Origin: Candidatus Dormiibacterota bacterium
GTDB taxonomy: Bacteria; Chloroflexota; Dormibacteria; Dormibacterales; Dormibacteraceae
Assembly (NCBI GenBank): GCA_963808785.1
Contig: CAWEGH010000008.1
Coordinates: 2,668-66,667, forward strand
Length of the DNA: 64,000 nt
Reading direction: 5' to 3'
Under the pieces are notes generated by a model. The model saw only the letters and a list, made by a program, of their open reading frames with translations, did not search any database and had not been told where the DNA came from. Both the position numbers and the translations under genes were made by a program. How positions within the stretch are numbered: the stretch's first letter is position 1; every line of letters begins with the position of its first letter. This document shows positions 61,832 through 64,000 of the stretch, in pieces.

Positions 61832-61864
61832 CGGCTACTCGTCCTCGATCTGGTTGTACATCAG
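61832..61864. repeat. 33-nt perfect direct repeat, right copy (putative attR core)
   Basis: Identical to 48371-48403. The integrase start lies about 125 nt to its left. Confidence 0.85.
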
Positions 61865-62141
61865 GACGTCCTGGATCTCGAACAGCACTTCCATCGTCTC
61901 CGCGACATTTGTGCGCGGCTGCGGCCGCGAGGGAGCTGACGTCGACCTCGCCGATCAGCTTGTCGACCGCGGTCGAGATCGGCGTCGGGACGTCCGAGCG
62001 ATCGGCGAGGTTGAGCATCTCGAGCTCGTTGAGCAGCTGGTCGATGTAGCGCATCGTGTTGCGCCGCCAGTACTTAGCCTGGCTGACCCGCCGATCGCGC
62101 TCTCGAACGCGGTCGATGGCCAGGCTCGCTTCTTCGATCAT
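61834..62141 (-). pseudogene. small conserved-looking ORF (integration target) whose 3' end is out of frame with its body
   Basis: Body frame: MIEEASLAIDRVRERDRRVSQAKYWRRNTMRYIDQLLNELEMLNLADRSDVPTPISTAVDKLIGEVDV... The terminator-proximal frame reads TNVAETMEVLFEIQDVLMYNQIEDE* (stop at 61834-61836). The body frame itself runs on through the terminator to 61722. Confidence 0.4.
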
Positions 62142-62298
62142 TTCGTTTCCCCCGAGTCCAAAGTGATCGGATCACGCCCTTCTGGTCCTGCACCTCCAGA
62201 TTCTACCCACCGGAGCGATTTTGTCAAGTAATCACTTGAGAAATCCATTCCGGCCCGTCACCCCTCTTGCAGCGGGTGCTACCCTCCTGAAATCGGCC

Positions 62299-62949
62299 AT
62301 GACGTCAGTTGCTTCCGGCCGCACGACCCGGATGGATCTGATCGAATTCCTGCGGCGCAAAGGGCCGGCCAGCGCCGAGATCATCGCAGCCGAGCTGGGC
62401 GTTACTGCCAACGCCGTGCGCCAACACCTCACCCACCTGGAACGCGACGGACTGGTCACCAGCGCGGCGGTCCACAACAAGCGAGGACGCCCGTCGCTCG
62501 AGTTTTCGCTCACCGATCGCGCCGACGTGGTCTTTCCCAAACGCTACGGGCAGCTGGCCAGCATGGTTCTCACCGAGCTGCAGTCGATGGCCGGACCCGA
62601 CATCCTGGACGAGCTCTTCCGCCGCATCGCCCTCCGCTACAGCGCGACCATCGGCAATGGCATGGAGGGCCTCGAATTCAGCGAGAAGCTGGAACGTCTG
62701 CTGAGGTGGATCAACCGAGCGGGGACGCTTGCCGAGGCGGAGGAGACCGAGGACGGGATCCGCGTCTCGATCCACAACTGTCCGTTCCGAAACACGGCGC
62801 TGAAATATCCACAGGTGTGCACGATCACGCCGCATCTGATGGTGGAACTCCTCGACGTCGAAGTAAGTCAGACCAGTTCCATCCACCGCCAGGACCCCTA
62901 CTGCTCCTTTGTCATCAAGCGCACAGCTCCCCACGCTGACCAGCGCTGA
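62299..62949 (+). CDS. ArsR/SufR-like winged-helix regulator with C-terminal Cys motif
   Basis: MDLIEFLRRKGPASAEIIAAELGVTANAVRQHLTHLERDGLV. C-terminal cysteines in IHNCPFRNTALKYPQVCTI...DPYCSF. Start at 62299 or 62332. Confidence 0.6.
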   Translation: MTSVASGRTTRMDLIEFLRRKGPASAEIIAAELGVTANAVRQHLTHLERDGLVTSAAVHNKRGRPSLEFSLTDRADVVFPKRYGQLASMVLTELQSMAGPDILDELFRRIALRYSATIGNGMEGLEFSEKLERLLRWINRAGTLAEAEETEDGIRVSIHNCPFRNTALKYPQVCTITPHLMVELLDVEVSQTSSIHRQDPYCSFVIKRTAPHADQR

Positions 62950-63607
62950 GGCGCGCCAGGTCGACCGCCTCGCCGCCGAGCGCTTCCACCTCCCTCTGGC
63001 CTGGCTGATGGAGGCCGCCGGATGGCAGGTCGCTCGCTTTTGTCGCGGCCGCACGTACGTGGTCTGCGGCAAGGGGAACAACGGCGGCGATGGGCTGGCG
63101 GCGGCGCGCCATCTCCACCGCTGGGGGCGCCTGGCCGGAGTCGCCTGTGTCGATGGGTCCGCCTATCGCGGGGACGCTGCGCTGGAGTTGGAGGCACTGC
63201 GGTCGAGCGGCGTCCCCATCGACGCGGACATCCGCCCGGGAGACTCCACCATCCTCCTCGACGCGCTCCTCGGAACCGGCATCACTCGCCCCGCGGAGGG
63301 GGTGGTCGCCACCTGGATCGAGCAAGTCAACGACGCGGGCCGGCGTGTCATCTCGATCGACGTTCCCTCCGGCCTCGACGCGGACACCGGCGCCGCCGCG
63401 GGCCCTACCGTGCGCGCCGCGCTCACCGCCACCCTCGGCCTTCCGAAGCGGGGGCTGGTCATCGGCGAGGGTCCCGCCTACGCCGGCGACGTGTGGATCT
63501 GCGACGTCGGGATTCCTTCGGGTGCGCTCGCCGAGGTCGGGATCGACGTCCCTCCTCACCTCTTCGCCATGCACGACCGCGTAGAACTGGGAGCGATCCG
63601 GTTGTGA
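62909..63607 (+). CDS. nnrE: NAD(P)H-hydrate epimerase (YjeF N-terminal domain)
   Basis: VVCGKGNNGGDGLAAARHL...LLDALLGTGITRP...ISIDVPSGLDADTG. Confidence 0.8.
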   Translation: MSSSAQLPTLTSAEARQVDRLAAERFHLPLAWLMEAAGWQVARFCRGRTYVVCGKGNNGGDGLAAARHLHRWGRLAGVACVDGSAYRGDAALELEALRSSGVPIDADIRPGDSTILLDALLGTGITRPAEGVVATWIEQVNDAGRRVISIDVPSGLDADTGAAAGPTVRAALTATLGLPKRGLVIGEGPAYAGDVWICDVGIPSGALAEVGIDVPPHLFAMHDRVELGAIRL

Positions 63608-64000
63608 GGCGCACCCGGCGTCCCCTCGTCGCGTGGACCGCTCCCTCCGCCGCCTGGTCGGGGGCGGCGCCTGTCACCTGGGAGCGCGGGGTCTCGCTGG
63701 TCGGGCACGACCTCTGGCTCGACCCGCAGGTGGTGCGCGGCCGCGCGTTCGTCTCCCACGCCCACACTGACCACGCGCGGCGGCACGAGCACGCGATTTT
63801 GACCCAGGCCACCCTCGACCTGCTGACCCCACCTCGACGGCCCCGCCGCACGACGGTCCTGGCTTTGGAGCAGCCCTTCCCCCTCCCCACCGCCACCGTC
63901 TGCTTGCACGACGCGGGCCACATGCTGGGATCGGCGCAGCTTTTGTTCGAGCACGACGGTTGGCGGCTGCTTTACTCGGGCGACCTCAAGGTGAGGCGAT
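63604..64000 (+). CDS. MBL-fold metallo-hydrolase, 5' part (runs off the window)
   Basis: GTG 63604 overlaps the nnrE stop (GTGA). My own translation shows FVSHAHTDHARRH (HxHxDH) and LHDAGHMLGSAQ. The frame is open to the window end. Confidence 0.65.
   Translation, partial: MRRTRRPLVAWTAPSAAWSGAAPVTWERGVSLVGHDLWLDPQVVRGRAFVSHAHTDHARRHEHAILTQATLDLLTPPRRPRRTTVLALEQPFPLPTATVCLHDAGHMLGSAQLLFEHDGWRLLYSGDLKVRR

Noticed and set aside
1-64000. Search for tRNA, rRNA, tmRNA and CRISPR arrays.
   Set aside because: I noticed no T-loop-type GGTTCGAATCC-like motifs in intergenic DNA, no rRNA-like conserved blocks, and no regularly spaced short repeats. A tRNAscan or Infernal run could still find something I missed by eye.

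Overview
High-GC (by eye about 68-70%) bacterial chromosome segment. The gene content looks actinobacterial: MMPL transporter, SHOCT/DUF6325-like pair, Holin-X/DUF3618 triad, LAL-type LuxR, DinB, AlkZ-like glycosylase. About 60 protein-coding genes can be supported. I recognised no rRNA, tRNA or CRISPR array.

nt 1-47,600 reads as ordinary chromosome:
- small-molecule enzymes;
- transporters: MMPL, a MarR-linked DHA2 MFS, a CocE/NonD-hydrolase::ABC-ATPase fusion with an ABC-2 permease, and orphan ABC permeases;
- regulators: MarR, Lrp/AsnC, LAL-LuxR;
- a CheB-fragment/CheR-PAS locus;
- one ISAzo13 element and a 471-bp MITE-like insertion with a target-site duplication.

nt 48,371-61,864 is, in my reading, a ~13.5-kb integrated island. 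It is bounded by a perfect 33-nt direct repeat that corresponds to the 3' end of a small ORF, and a tyrosine integrase sits at its right edge. Its cargo is TA modules, IS remnants, an IS1595, a PIN-like/DUF433 pair, an HD-GYP/LuxR regulator, and a reiterated serine-hydrolase + methyltransferase module that contains a perfect 1,536-bp direct repeat.

Gene decay runs across the whole window. At least a dozen frameshifted or truncated genes sit among long intact ORFs (up to 957 aa), which argues for real pseudogenes rather than sequencing noise.

All functional calls come from motif-level recognition of the supplied translations and sequence. No database search or folding was possible, so family names are best-recognition calls and start codons are approximate.
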